From Octopus bimaculoides (lineage: Eukaryota): a stretch of DNA of 35,668 bases. Shown here piece by piece: positions 11,380 through 21,682 of this stretch. Position 1 is the stretch's first letter. Each line of letters starts with the position of its first letter. The notes beneath the pieces were generated by a model. It saw nothing but the letters and a program-made list of their open reading frames with translations. It was not told the origin of the DNA and searched no databases. The translations under genes and the position numbers were made by a program. The DNA lies in contig NC_068981.1 of NCBI RefSeq assembly GCF_001194135.2, positions 162,372,692 through 162,408,359 on the forward strand, given 5' to 3'.

Positions 11380-11940
11380 TACTGGTGACATAAAAAGGAA
11401 GGGCATCCAACTGCAGAAACCATATCAAAGCAGATACTGGAACACATTGCAATCATTGTGCCCATCGGATCCAGCACAGAACATGGACATTAAATGATGA
11501 TGATGGTGATGATGATGATGATGATGATGATGACGATGACAATGATGATGATGACAATGATGATGATTCATCGTCTTCTTCATCTTCATCATCATCATCA
11601 TTTAACACCTGCTTTCCATGCAAACATGGGTTGGATGGTTTGACAGGAGCTGGCAAACCAGAGGGTTGCACCAGACTCCAATCGTCTGTTTTGGCAAGGT
11701 TTCTATGGTTGGCTGCCCCTCCTAATGCCAAACCACTTTACAAAGTGCACAGGGTGGATTTTTATGTGACACCAACATAAATGCTTTTTACATGTTGCAG
11801 GCACAAGGTGCATTTTTTACATGACACTAGCACAGGTGCTCTTTACATGATGCTGACATGGGTCCTCTTTGTGTAGTGCCAGCAGAGGAGCTTCTAATGT
11901 GTCACTAATATAGGTAGTTTTTACATGGCACTGGTAAATG
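11380..11940. mobile_element. Two RTE 3'-end fragments, tail to tail (+ at 11380-11565, - at 11566-11940), joined by (GAT)n/(CAT)n
   Basis: gaagggcatcc...ggacattaaatgatgatg, then catcatcatttaacacctgctttccatgc... Confidence 0.75.
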
Positions 11941-12244
11941 AATATTCTTAAAGCTTCTCAAATGAGTATTCTTAGACCTTTGCTTGTTTCTGTTTTTGCA
12001 TTTTTCCATCTATTTTCAGTACAAACTTGAACAAGATGTTTTGTCCTTACTTTTGTCTTTACTATTTTATGCAAATTTGCAGATAGTTGGAATTGAGAGG
12101 TTGTACAAGTTAAATAACCTTTTTATTCTTGATTAGTCAACCTTAAAGTCAACTACATAGTTAAAAGTTCTCTGAGGACCTTGAATTTCTTAAGGGTGTA
12201 TGAGTGATGTAAATTGCAGTATTCCAGAAGAAAATATCGGTTTC

Positions 12245-12890
12245 ACATTTTGGCACAAGACCAGTATTTTCGTGGGGTGGGGTAAGTCAATTACATCAAC
12301 CCCAGTGCTCAAATGGTACTTACTTTATTGACCTCAAAAGAAGGAAATGCAAAGTCAACCTCAGCAGGATTTGAACTCAGAATGTAAAGACAGACAAAAT
12401 GCCACAAAGCATTTTGCCTAGTATGCTAATGATTCTACCAGCTCACTACATTATTCCAGAGGAAAATATTCTCTTCTACTCTTGGCACAAGGCCCAAAAT
12501 TTCGGAGGAGGAGGCTAGTCGATTAGATCGTTCACAGTACGCAACTGGTACTTAATTTATCAACCCCAAAAGGATGAAAAGCAAAGTCGACCTCAGCAGA
12601 ATTTGAACTCAGAATGTAACAGCAGATGAAATACTGCTAAGTATTTTGCCCAGCATGCTAACGTTTCTTATTTCTTTATTGCCCACAAGGGGCTAAACAT
12701 AGAGGGGACAAACAAGGACAGACAAAGGAATTAAGTCGATTACATAGACCTCAGTGCGTAACTGGTACTTAATTTATTGACCCCCCGAAAGGATGAAAGT
12801 CGACCTCAGCGGAATTTGAACTCAGAACGTAATGGCAGACAAAATACCGCTAGGCATTTTGCCCAGCATGCTAATGTTTCTGCCAGCTCA
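12245..12890 (-). mobile_element. Three family B SINEs head to tail
   Basis: The block aactggtactta...aaggatgaaa...gtcgacctcagc...tttgaactcagaa recurs at about 12310, 12545 and 12760. Confidence 0.9.
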
Positions 12891-13381
12891 CCACCTTCCC
12901 AAAGAAAAATATTGAGATTCCATTGGGGAAAGTGTCTTGCAGTTGAAAATTTCTTTGTCTTTGTTTACACTGTTTTGGCTAGATATATTATTATTACTTA
13001 TTTTTGGTTTAATGTAGATATTAAGGATGTTGATCTTGAATTAATGTAAGGCTATTAATATTATGCCATAAATTGTATTTTATACACGATTATTTTTTTT
13101 CTTGTTATCAGATGTGGTAGGGAAATCAGGTTAGTGAACTGTTGAAGGGGAATAAATAGGTTAAGGCTATTCTATATAAAGGTTGTAGCTATTTGAAATT
13201 GTAACTGATTATTCATTAGTCTGACACTTTAGCTGTAAAGTAATTGTGTTTTAAGAGACATATTCTATTATAGCAATGATTATAGATGAAAAAAAAAAAA
13301 ATGAAGGGTAATGGATAGTAGAATTAGTAGAAGCTCAGACTAAATATCTTGTGGTATTTTAGTTAAATCACATCTTTTTCT

Positions 13382-13957
13382 GAGTTTAGATCCCAGCAAA
13401 GAAACCTTTTATCAGTTGCATATAAAAATGTGTTAGGTACATATTGAGCATCTTGGAGAATTGTCAGCAGTCTAGAGTAAAAGGGAGAAGCTAAAGGTAG
13501 TAAACAGTGAGTAAATTTGATTAGAACCTACAGAGAAAGAACTGAAGATGAACTTCTAGATATTTGCAATGATGTTTTAGCTATTTTGGATAACAAACTT
13601 TTAACTAATGCTTCAACTGAAGAATCCAGAGTGTTTTATTACAAAATGAAAGGTGATTACCATCGCTACTTGGCAGAATTTGCCACTGGGGAGGACAGTA
13701 AGGATGTTGCTAACAATAGTATAATTGCCTACAAATCGGCAAGTGAACATGCTATAAAGGACCTACTTTTCATCCACATGATACAATTAGACTTGGCACT
13801 CAATTTCTTTGTCTTCTATTATCAGATCTTCAGTACACCTGGTCCTGCTTTTCAACTGGCCAAGTCTGCATTTGATAAGGCAACTGCTGAGCTGGATACA
13901 CTGAGTAAAGAGAGCTACAAAGACTCCACCCTTATAATGCAGCTACTGAGAGACAAC
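13382..13957 (+). pseudogene. YWHAE-like: 14-3-3 epsilon-like processed pseudogene, truncated at both ends
   Basis: One frame reads [44 protein letters not shown]...[20 protein letters not shown]...[22 protein letters not shown]. In-frame stops at 13445, 13478 and 13508; no introns; conserved LPPTHPIRLGLALNFS is degraded to [35 protein letters not shown] is the epsilon-type signature. Confidence 0.92.
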
Positions 13958-14204
13958 CAACCTGCAGTCATTCTGCCTTTCAGCCATATAAGTTGTAGAA
14001 TGGTGTCAATAATAAAGTACAAACCAAATACTGTGGTTGTTTTAATTGACCACAGGTCCCCTTTGTGATATTCGTGAATACATACTTGTACTAAATGCAG
14101 TTATTTCCATCATTTACTGATAAAGAAAAAAAGAAGCTCTGCATTAGGAATTGGTAAAATACCTGACCAAAAATAAAGAAAAACATGTGTAGTGGTACGA
14201 AATT

Positions 14205-14285
14205 ATGACCGCCATTAAGGAAGTACAATCTATGCATGCACAAGGGACTTGCCTTCCCGGAAGCCCCTCGAGTGCGCATGCGTAG
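14205..14285. promoter_or_regulatory. Cluster of housekeeping-promoter-like motifs (YY1-like, STAT/ETS, NRF1)
   Basis: ccgccatt (14209-14216), ttcccggaag (14254-14263) and tgcgcatgcg (14273-14282) in a locally CpG-retaining patch. Motif matches only. Confidence 0.3.
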
Positions 14286-15282
14286 TAAAACCAGTACTTA
14301 AAGGGCTTCTTTCATTTTCTAACCCTCTTTAGCGCGATGCCTTCGATGTAACAACAACTTGCTCCTCTCAGATGCCTCAATGAAGCTTTTAACCTTCCAA
14401 TGTTGATTACAAGTTAACCAGCGGCTGCCAGGCTGAATAACACAGGATTTGTAATACCAAGCATCACCAAAAAATAAAACTTATTTTTATTATATTGTTA
14501 ATTGTTCTACTATTTCTTAATATATAATTTTGTTGAAAGGTGATAGAGAGAGACTAATGTCTCTATTGCAACTATCAACCTTTTACACGTGCAGTATTCA
14601 TTTCCATCATTTTACATTCTAATTTCAAATTCTGCTAGAGTAGACTTTACCTTTTAATCTTCTCAGGCCAGTGGTGAAGAAAATAAAGGACCAGTAAAAT
14701 ACTAGGGCTATGGATTTAATTGACTGTTCTTCTCCCTGTCCTATACTTTGTTAGCCTATAGCTGTCATCATCATCATTTTAATGCCAGCTTTTTCCTGTG
14801 TGCATGAGTCAGATGGAATTCATTGAGGCAGATTTTCCACAGCCAAATACTGACTTCAGCTCAGAGTCCATTTGTACTATTTGTTTTTTTTTGCATATAA
14901 TACCATCATTGCTATTTGCATCCTCTGCAATGGTGTTCACAATGCATTTGAATACACATCCACAATAATTCTTCAGGGGAATACATTTTTTACATTGTGT
15001 TAACACTGAGTCTGCCAAGCAAACAAATGGTGTAAACTGTTTCTTGTGTTTAGCATAAACTGGAAAGATTCAGAATAACAAGAATCAAGCAACAATAAAA
15101 CAAAACAATAAACTTTTGAGAATTAATTTAAATTAGGGAAGAGAATAATTTCAGCTAAAAAGTCAACACATTTTACATTTTCTGTTTAAGAATTTTCTTT
15201 CATTGAATATTTTTAATCAAAAGCTTCAGTGATTCATTCTGTCCAGTTGTATGCCATAATGTTTGACAATACATATATATAT

Positions 15283-15833
15283 CATCATCATCATCATCAT
15301 CCTTTAATGCTTGTTGTCCATGCTGGCATGGGTTGGATAGTTTGACCAGCTGGAAGGCTGCACCAGACTCCAGTCTGATTTGGCATGGTTTTTTTATGAC
15401 TGGATGCCCTTCCTAATGCCAACTAGTCTGAGAGTGTAATAGGTTCTTTTATATGTCACTGGCATGGGTGCCATTTGCATGACACCGGTATCTGCCATGA
15501 CTGTGATTTTGCTTGGCTTGATGGGTCTTCTTCTCAAGCACAACATAATGCCAAAGTCATTGCTTCCGTGAGGCCCAACACTATATAAATATAGATAAAG
15601 ATATATGTATGTATGTATATGTTGTCATGCTAGTACCACAATAAAAGCACTGGTGTTGGTGCCACATAAAAATGCACCCAGTACACTCTGTGGAGTGGTT
15701 GGAATTAGGAAGGGCATCCAGCTATAGAAACCATGCCAGAAAATACAATAGAGTTTGGTGCAGCCCCTGGCCTTACCAGCACCAGCCAATTGTTCAATCT
15801 ATGCTAGCATGGAAATGGATGTTAAATGATGAT
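15283..15833. mobile_element. Two RTE 3'-end fragments in divergent orientation (- at 15283-15580, + at 15625-15833)
   Basis: (CAT)n-ctttaatgcttgttgtccatgctggcatggg... and ...ggaagggcatccagctatagaaacc...gatgttaaatgatgat. Confidence 0.8.
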
Positions 15834-16168
15834 ATAGTGTGTGTGTGTGTGTGTGTGTGTGTGCATGTGTGTGTACGTCCACACGTGTGTGCGTGCATGC
15901 ACATATACATGTGTGCGTATGATTATACCTCACTTGCTTTATGCCTTAAAAGCCATATAGAGTAAAAAAATCCCTCAAGTGAAAATCTAATAAAATTTAG
16001 TGATGGGAAGAGCATCCCTCTTCAATAACATATCAGTTTTACCATGCAGACATTACAAAATAGACATAAAATAAACACTTAAACAAATATGTTGTACATG
16101 CACACACACACACACACACATATATATACACACACACATATACACACATACACACATATATATATATA

Positions 16169-17024
16169 CAGGGTGTGATGGGTAAATTATCGCCATTTTA
16201 TATTTTTAATTTCATACATGCATGTTGTATGTTTAGGATTTTGTCAACTACACAGTATAGTAGGGTCAGTTGGGCACCATCTGTGAGAAAAACAGCACCA
16301 TGATGCAATTCACACTGCCAGAAATTTGGCAACGTCATGCTGCACTGCTTGACGTTCAAGCTGGAAGCTCCAATACAAACATTACAGAGTGTTTGTGTCT
16401 CAATCTGAGGACAAGTACCAAAAGTGATAAAACTCAGACATCCAGTCAACATCATGGTGTTTGGAGTGATCACTAGTGATGACAACATTATCCCTCCATT
16501 CACCTTCCCACATGGAGACCTACATCAAGTGCCTGGAGGCAGTAGTGCTGCCCTGGGTGAAGAGGGTGGTTGCTGGAACACCTTATGTCTAGCAACAGGA
16601 CTCTGCACCATGCAACATAAGCAGAAGAATCCAGTCATGGCTGTCAGACAATTTCTGCAACCACATCACCCCTAACATCTAGCTACCTAACTCCCCAGAC
16701 TGCAACCTCCTTGATTATTATGTGTGGGGTGCAGTTGAGTGAGAGACCAACAAAACTCTTAGCAACACTAAAGATGAACTGAAGGCAAGGATTATGGCCA
16801 CATTCACCAACTGAAACAAAGAGACCATCCAGAAGAGTTGTAGGAGATTCTGAAGTCGTCTGGAGGCTGTGGTCGAAGCCAGTGGCGATTTTATTAAATA
16901 AATCTACTCTTTAGTATTTCAAATTATTTTTATGTAATTTTGGTAAATATATCTGTTAAAATGAGATGTCAGTGTTATTTTCATTTTTGTGTAATTTAGT
17001 CGACATTTTATTCATTACACCCTG
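16169..17024 (+). mobile_element. DD37D (maT-type) Tc1/mariner non-autonomous element
   Basis: TA-cagggtgtgatg...ttacaccctg-TA termini. Decayed transposase IMVFGVITSD...QQDSAP...PNSPDCNLLDYYVWG with 37 residues between the second and third catalytic D; the region with the first D is deleted. Confidence 0.92.
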
Positions 17025-17149
17025 TATATATGCTGATATATCACTTTACCTCATTAAAACTAAGATATTGACACTTTCATGATAGATCTTTCCTAGTCCA
17101 GGATTTGTTGTATCTGGAAAAACAAATTGCATTAGTTTCCTGTTTCCAG

Positions 17150-17188
17150 GTCAAGAGCATCATGGTGACTTTGAATGATTACCCGAAG
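17150..17188 (+). CDS. Candidate 39-nt phase-0 exon (VKSIMVTLNDYPK) of an unidentified host gene
   Basis: Acceptor tttcctgtttccag, donor aag/gtaacc, length a multiple of 3, only phase 0 open. No protein family recognised. Confidence 0.3.
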
Positions 17189-17779
17189 GTAACCAAACAA
17201 TGCTTTGTAAATCAACAGTGTTAGTGTTTACAGAGAAAACTGAAAGTCTTGTTGTCTGTAAGCAAATTGAAATAGCATGCACAGTGCACAAATTCTTCAA
17301 TATTCTTGTAGGTAATCCATCATGTTAGCACAAGTATGTGCTGCTATGAATCTAGTATCTATTTATCTATATCGATACATATGTGCATGTGCGTGTGCAC
17401 ACATACATACATACATACATACACACACACACATACAGATGACAGACAGACAGACGGATAGATAGGTACGTACGTACATACATACATACAAATATACATA
17501 CATATTAACTGACCAGTTGGAAGACAGATATGCATCTGCCACTAAGTCTAATGAACCATCTATAAGGCCTAATGCTTTATGGATGTGAAGCCATTGGTCA
17601 CTCTATGACCGGACATATATTTAACTACTTGTAAATACATTACTGTTCTATTCTTTAGAGTATTCTTCTTTTTTGGATATATGATCCACTGATTATATAT
17701 CTGGCTACCTCACATTATATAAAGGTGGGTGAGGGTAGTTGAGAAGGAGATAACGATGGTAGCGTTGGGGTGCCAATAT

Positions 17780-17921
17780 TACATATACAGTAGTACTTCA
17801 GTTTTCAAACAACTGTGATCATGAATAAATTGAGCTTTGTCTCCTGGCTTTCTCATATTCATTTAATACAGCAGTACCTCAATTTACGAATGCCTCTGAT
17901 CACAAATAAATCATGCTTTAT

Positions 17922-17958
<37 letters not shown>

Positions 17959-18449
17959 AAATATATTTGTAATCTATATATTTTTATTATATATTTATTC
18001 TTATTCTTCTTTTTCTATTTAATATGACTTTCAATATGTATTTTTAACTTTGACCCATTAATAACAATAACAATACGATAAATAGCCTGAGGACGCACTG
18101 GTGGATTTATGTATTAGATATAGCCTTGATACACACCCTACCAGTGCAGAAACACATGTAGCATTGATTAGAAATACCTTCTTTCCCCACAGATTAATAA
18201 CAGGTAAGTTATATATATTTTTTCAACTAATTTTATTGTTTTTTATAGTAGGTTTTTTAACTGCTTATATTATTTTATTAGATATAATTTTTTATGTGTA
18301 TTCCATACAATAAGGTTATCCTGAAATAGGAGTTGCAGCTCTATTGGTAAAATCCCAAATTTGTAATAATATTAAATAAATATATATATAAGGTGCGATT
18401 TATTCATAATCAGAGTTGTTTGAAAACTGAGATACTACTATAGTTGTAA
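17780..18449 (+). mobile_element. Hammerhead-containing element bounded by about 48-bp inverted repeats (Penelope-like remnant, inferred)
   Basis: tacagtagtacttcagttttcaaacaactgtgatcatgaataaat (17786-17830) is an imperfect inverted copy of 18395-18442; hammerhead in between. Confidence 0.55.
18081..18165 (+). ncRNA. Minimal type I hammerhead ribozyme
   Basis: aatagc-CTGAGGA-cgcactggtgg(33-nt loop)ctaccagtgca-GAAA-cacatg-TA-gcatt: 10-bp stem II, stem III AC/GU, GUA cleavage triplet, and a 5-bp stem I with one bulge. Confidence 0.75.
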
Positions 18450-18665
18450 GATGACGAGCTGGCAGAATTGTTAACCACACCAGCAAAAATGCTTCATAGC
18501 ATTTCTTCCAACTTTATGTTCTGAGTTCAAATACCACCAGGGTTGACTTTACCTTTTGTTCTTTCAGAGTCAATAAAATAAGTACCAGTTGAACACCAGG
18601 GTCAATGTAATCAGCTTATCCCTTTTCCTGAAATTTCTGGCCTTGTGCTGTATATTTGAAATCAA
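18447..18665 (+). mobile_element. Family B SINE
   Basis: gagctggcagaa head, gagttcaaatacc B box, gtcaataaaataagtaccagtt, ggccttgtgc. Confidence 0.85.
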
Positions 18666-19604
18666 TACTACATATAATTTATTTGGTAACTAATGTTTTA
18701 CTAAAGACATTTTCAATTACATCTAAAATTCTATTTATTTGTATATTTGTTTTGCGTCATAACTATATATTTAAATAAACATTTTCAGAGTGTCTTTTGG
18801 TTACATATTTGTGACTGCACTGGACCATGCAGCGATATATTTGTTTATTTTGATGACTGAAATTCAATACTATTTACAGATGTATATGTAAATTTGAGTT
18901 TATTATGTGACTTTGATAACTTTTGGTTTTTTTTCAAAATTTAACAATCATAATACTTGTTTGACTCATAGTTTGTTGTAAAATCTTTACAAAAAAATAG
19001 AACAATTTCGAAATACAGCTGACTATGGTTTCAATGCAAAGCAAATACATTTCATTAAATAACTGCTAAAATATTGTGAGTTAGAGTAATAGCTCTAAGT
19101 TAAAATCAATAAGTTAAAAGCAAGTGCACACACACACACACATACACATGCACACAAACACACACATACACCAACACATATGCACACGTGTGTGTGTGTG
19201 TGTGTATGAATTCACACATACACACAAATTCAATATATTTTCATTTTCAAATGTAAATGTTTTTTCCCAGAGTTCATTATGTTTTCATCAATTTCCTGTT
19301 TGCTATTCCAAGAGTTATAGATTTGAATCACATAAATTCTTATGATTGTTGGTTTAAAAACTATTTTCAAAATTAAATGAATAATTATATTTACTTTCAT
19401 AGTAACACACATTGTTAAAAGTGCAGGAAAATAACAAGTCTATGAGATATCCATGATATACGGTGAAGAATATACTTTGTTTAAACTGCAAGCAGTTTAT
19501 TTTAGAAGAATAAAGACTAGCAGTTTCTTACACTTGATCGGGAAAAAAAATTGTTCAACAAAGGAAATTTATGCTTCACTGTTGAGATGAGAATAATGTT
19601 AAAA

Positions 19605-19870
19605 CTTGTGCAGGTGGCACGTAAAATACACCATTTTGAGCATGGCCGTTGCCAGTACCACCTGACTGGCCTTTGTGCCAGTGGCACGTAAAAACACCCA
19701 CTACACTCTCTGAGTGGTTGGCATTAGGAAGGGCATCCAGCTGTAGAAACTCTGCCCAATCAGATTGGAGCCTGGTGTAGCGATCTGGTTCGCCAGTCCT
19801 CAGTCAAATCGTCCAACCCATGCTAGCATGGAAAGCGGATGTTAAATGATGATGATGATGATGATGATGA
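19605..19870 (+). mobile_element. RTE LINE 3' end with (GAT)n tail
   Basis: Close match to 7943-8094 plus upstream gtggcacgtaaaa 3'UTR repeats. Confidence 0.85.
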
Positions 19871-19927
19871 TTATCCAGACCTGCCTCAAATATTTTCCAC
19901 AAAACTGAATATTTTATTTTATAGTTA

Positions 19928-20090
19928 GGCACAGGCATGGCTTTGTGGTAAAAAGCTTGCTTCCTAACCACCTGATTCTAGGTTCACTCCCACTGCAAGA
20001 CACCTTGGTCAAGTGTCTTCTACTACAGCCTCGGGCTGACTAAAGACTTGCGAGTGGGTTTGGTAGAAGGAAATTAAAAGAAGCCCATTG
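19928..20090 (+). mobile_element. Family A SINE head/core, cut by the DD37D element at 20101
   Basis: ggcatggctttgtggtaaaaagcttgc...caccttggtcaagtgtcttctactacagcc...aaagaagccc. Confidence 0.8.
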
Positions 20091-20100
20091 ATAATATATA

Positions 20101-20949
20101 CAGGATGCAGTGAATAAACTGTCATTTAAATTACGCAAAAATGAAAATAACACAGACATCTTATTTTACCAGATATATTTACCAAAATTACATAAAAATA
20201 TCTTAAAATACTAAAGAGTAAATCTATTTAATAAAATCGCCATTGGCTTCAACCACAGCCTCCAGACAACTTCGGAATTTCCCACAACTGTTTTGAATGG
20301 TCTCTTTGTTTGAGTTGGTAAATGCTGCCATAATCCTTGCCATCAGTTCATCTTTGATGTTACAAGGAGTTTTGTTAGTCTCTCACTCAACTGCACTCCA
20401 CACAATAATTGCAGTCTGGGGAGTTAGGTGGCCAGTTGTTAGGGGTGATGTGGTCACAGAAATTGTCTGATAGCCATGACTTGGTTCTCCTGCTTGTGTT
20501 GCATGGTGCAGAGTCCTGTTGCCAGACATAGGGTGTTCCAGTAGCCACCCTCTTTCCCCAGGGCAGCACTACTTCCTCCAGACACTTGATGTAGGTCTCC
20601 ATATTGAATCTGATTCATGTGGAAAGATGAATGGAGGCATAACGTCACCACCACTAGTGATCACTCCAAACACCATGATGTTAACTGGATGTCTGATTTT
20701 TATCACTCTCAGTACATATTTGTATTGGAGCTTCTGGCACTTCTTATTGGAGCTTCTGACTTGAATGCCAAGCAGTACAGCATGTCATTTTCAAATTTCT
20801 GGCAGAGTGAACTGTGTCATGGTGCTGTTTTTCTCACAGATGGTGTCCAAATTATGCTACTATAGTGTGTAGTCGACAAAATCAAAAACACAATGTGCCT
20901 GCATGAAATTAAAAATATAAAATGGCAACAATTTACTCATTACACCCTG
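20101..20949 (-). mobile_element. DD37D (maT-type) non-autonomous element, second copy, opposite orientation
   Basis: Termini caggatgcagtgaataaa / tcattacaccctg. The minus-strand ORF YIKCLEEVVLPWGKRVATGTPYVWQQDSAP...WPPNSPDCN is homologous over its whole length to 16169-17024. Confidence 0.92.
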
Positions 20950-21185
20950 CATGTGCATGTCTTCAAGTCTGTTATTGTCCCCAACCACTACTTAAAAATC
21001 TGTGAGGGCTTGTTTACATCCCTGTAACTTGGCAGTTTGACAAAAATAGACTGAGAAAATAAGTACCTGTCTTTAAAAAAGGTTAATTACTGGGGTTGAT
21101 TCATTTGAATAAATGTTCCTCAAGGCACATTTTTCACTTCACCATATATGCATTTCGTTCACTTCACTATATATGCATTTCTTAC

Positions 21186-21420
21186 AGAGGCACGTGGCTA
21201 AGTGGTTAGTGTGTTGGACTCATGGTCATAAGATTGTGGTTTTGATTCCTGGAATGGGCAATTTATTCTTGAGCAAATAATATCCTTGAGCAAAACACAT
21301 TCTTCACGCTGCTCCAGTCCATTCAGCTGGCAAAATTATGTAATCCTGTGATGGACTGGCATCCCATCCAGGGAGTAATATATACACCAGGGAAACCAAG
21401 AAACCAGCCCTACACTCCTT
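21186..21420 (+). mobile_element. Family C SINE
   Basis: gaggcacgtggctaagtggttagtgtgttggactcatgg head; ccttgagcaaaacac core; cctgtgatggactggcatcccatccaggg 3' block. Confidence 0.8.
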
Positions 21421-21454
21421 ACAGAGTAATGTGGACTAACCATATTCTTTTATT

Positions 21455-21680
21455 CTGATATTCTTTTATTTGTTTCAGTCATCTGACTGCAGCCACGCTG
21501 GAGCACCATCTTTAATGGTTTCAGTTGAACAAATCAACCCCAGGACTTATTTTGAAAGCCTAGTACTTATTGTATCGATCCCTTTTGCCAAACCACTAAG
21601 TTAGAGGGACATAAACACACCAACACCAGTTGTCAAACAGCGATAAGGGGCAAACACAAAGACACTGACATAGACATATA
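21455..21680 (-). mobile_element. Family A SINE, 3' half
   Basis: ttgtttcagtcatctgactgcagccacgctggagcacc...cctagtacttatt...gacataaacacacc. Confidence 0.85.
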
Positions 21681-21682
21681 CA

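Noticed and set aside
11453-11731. ORF with poly-Asp and poly-Ser tracts
   Set aside because: Derived from the (GAT)n/(CAT)n tails of two LINE ends.
13517-14068. Functional 14-3-3 gene
   Set aside because: Starts at TTG after three in-frame stops, lacks the N-terminal dimerisation helices and the LTLW end, is intronless, and has many conserved residues altered.
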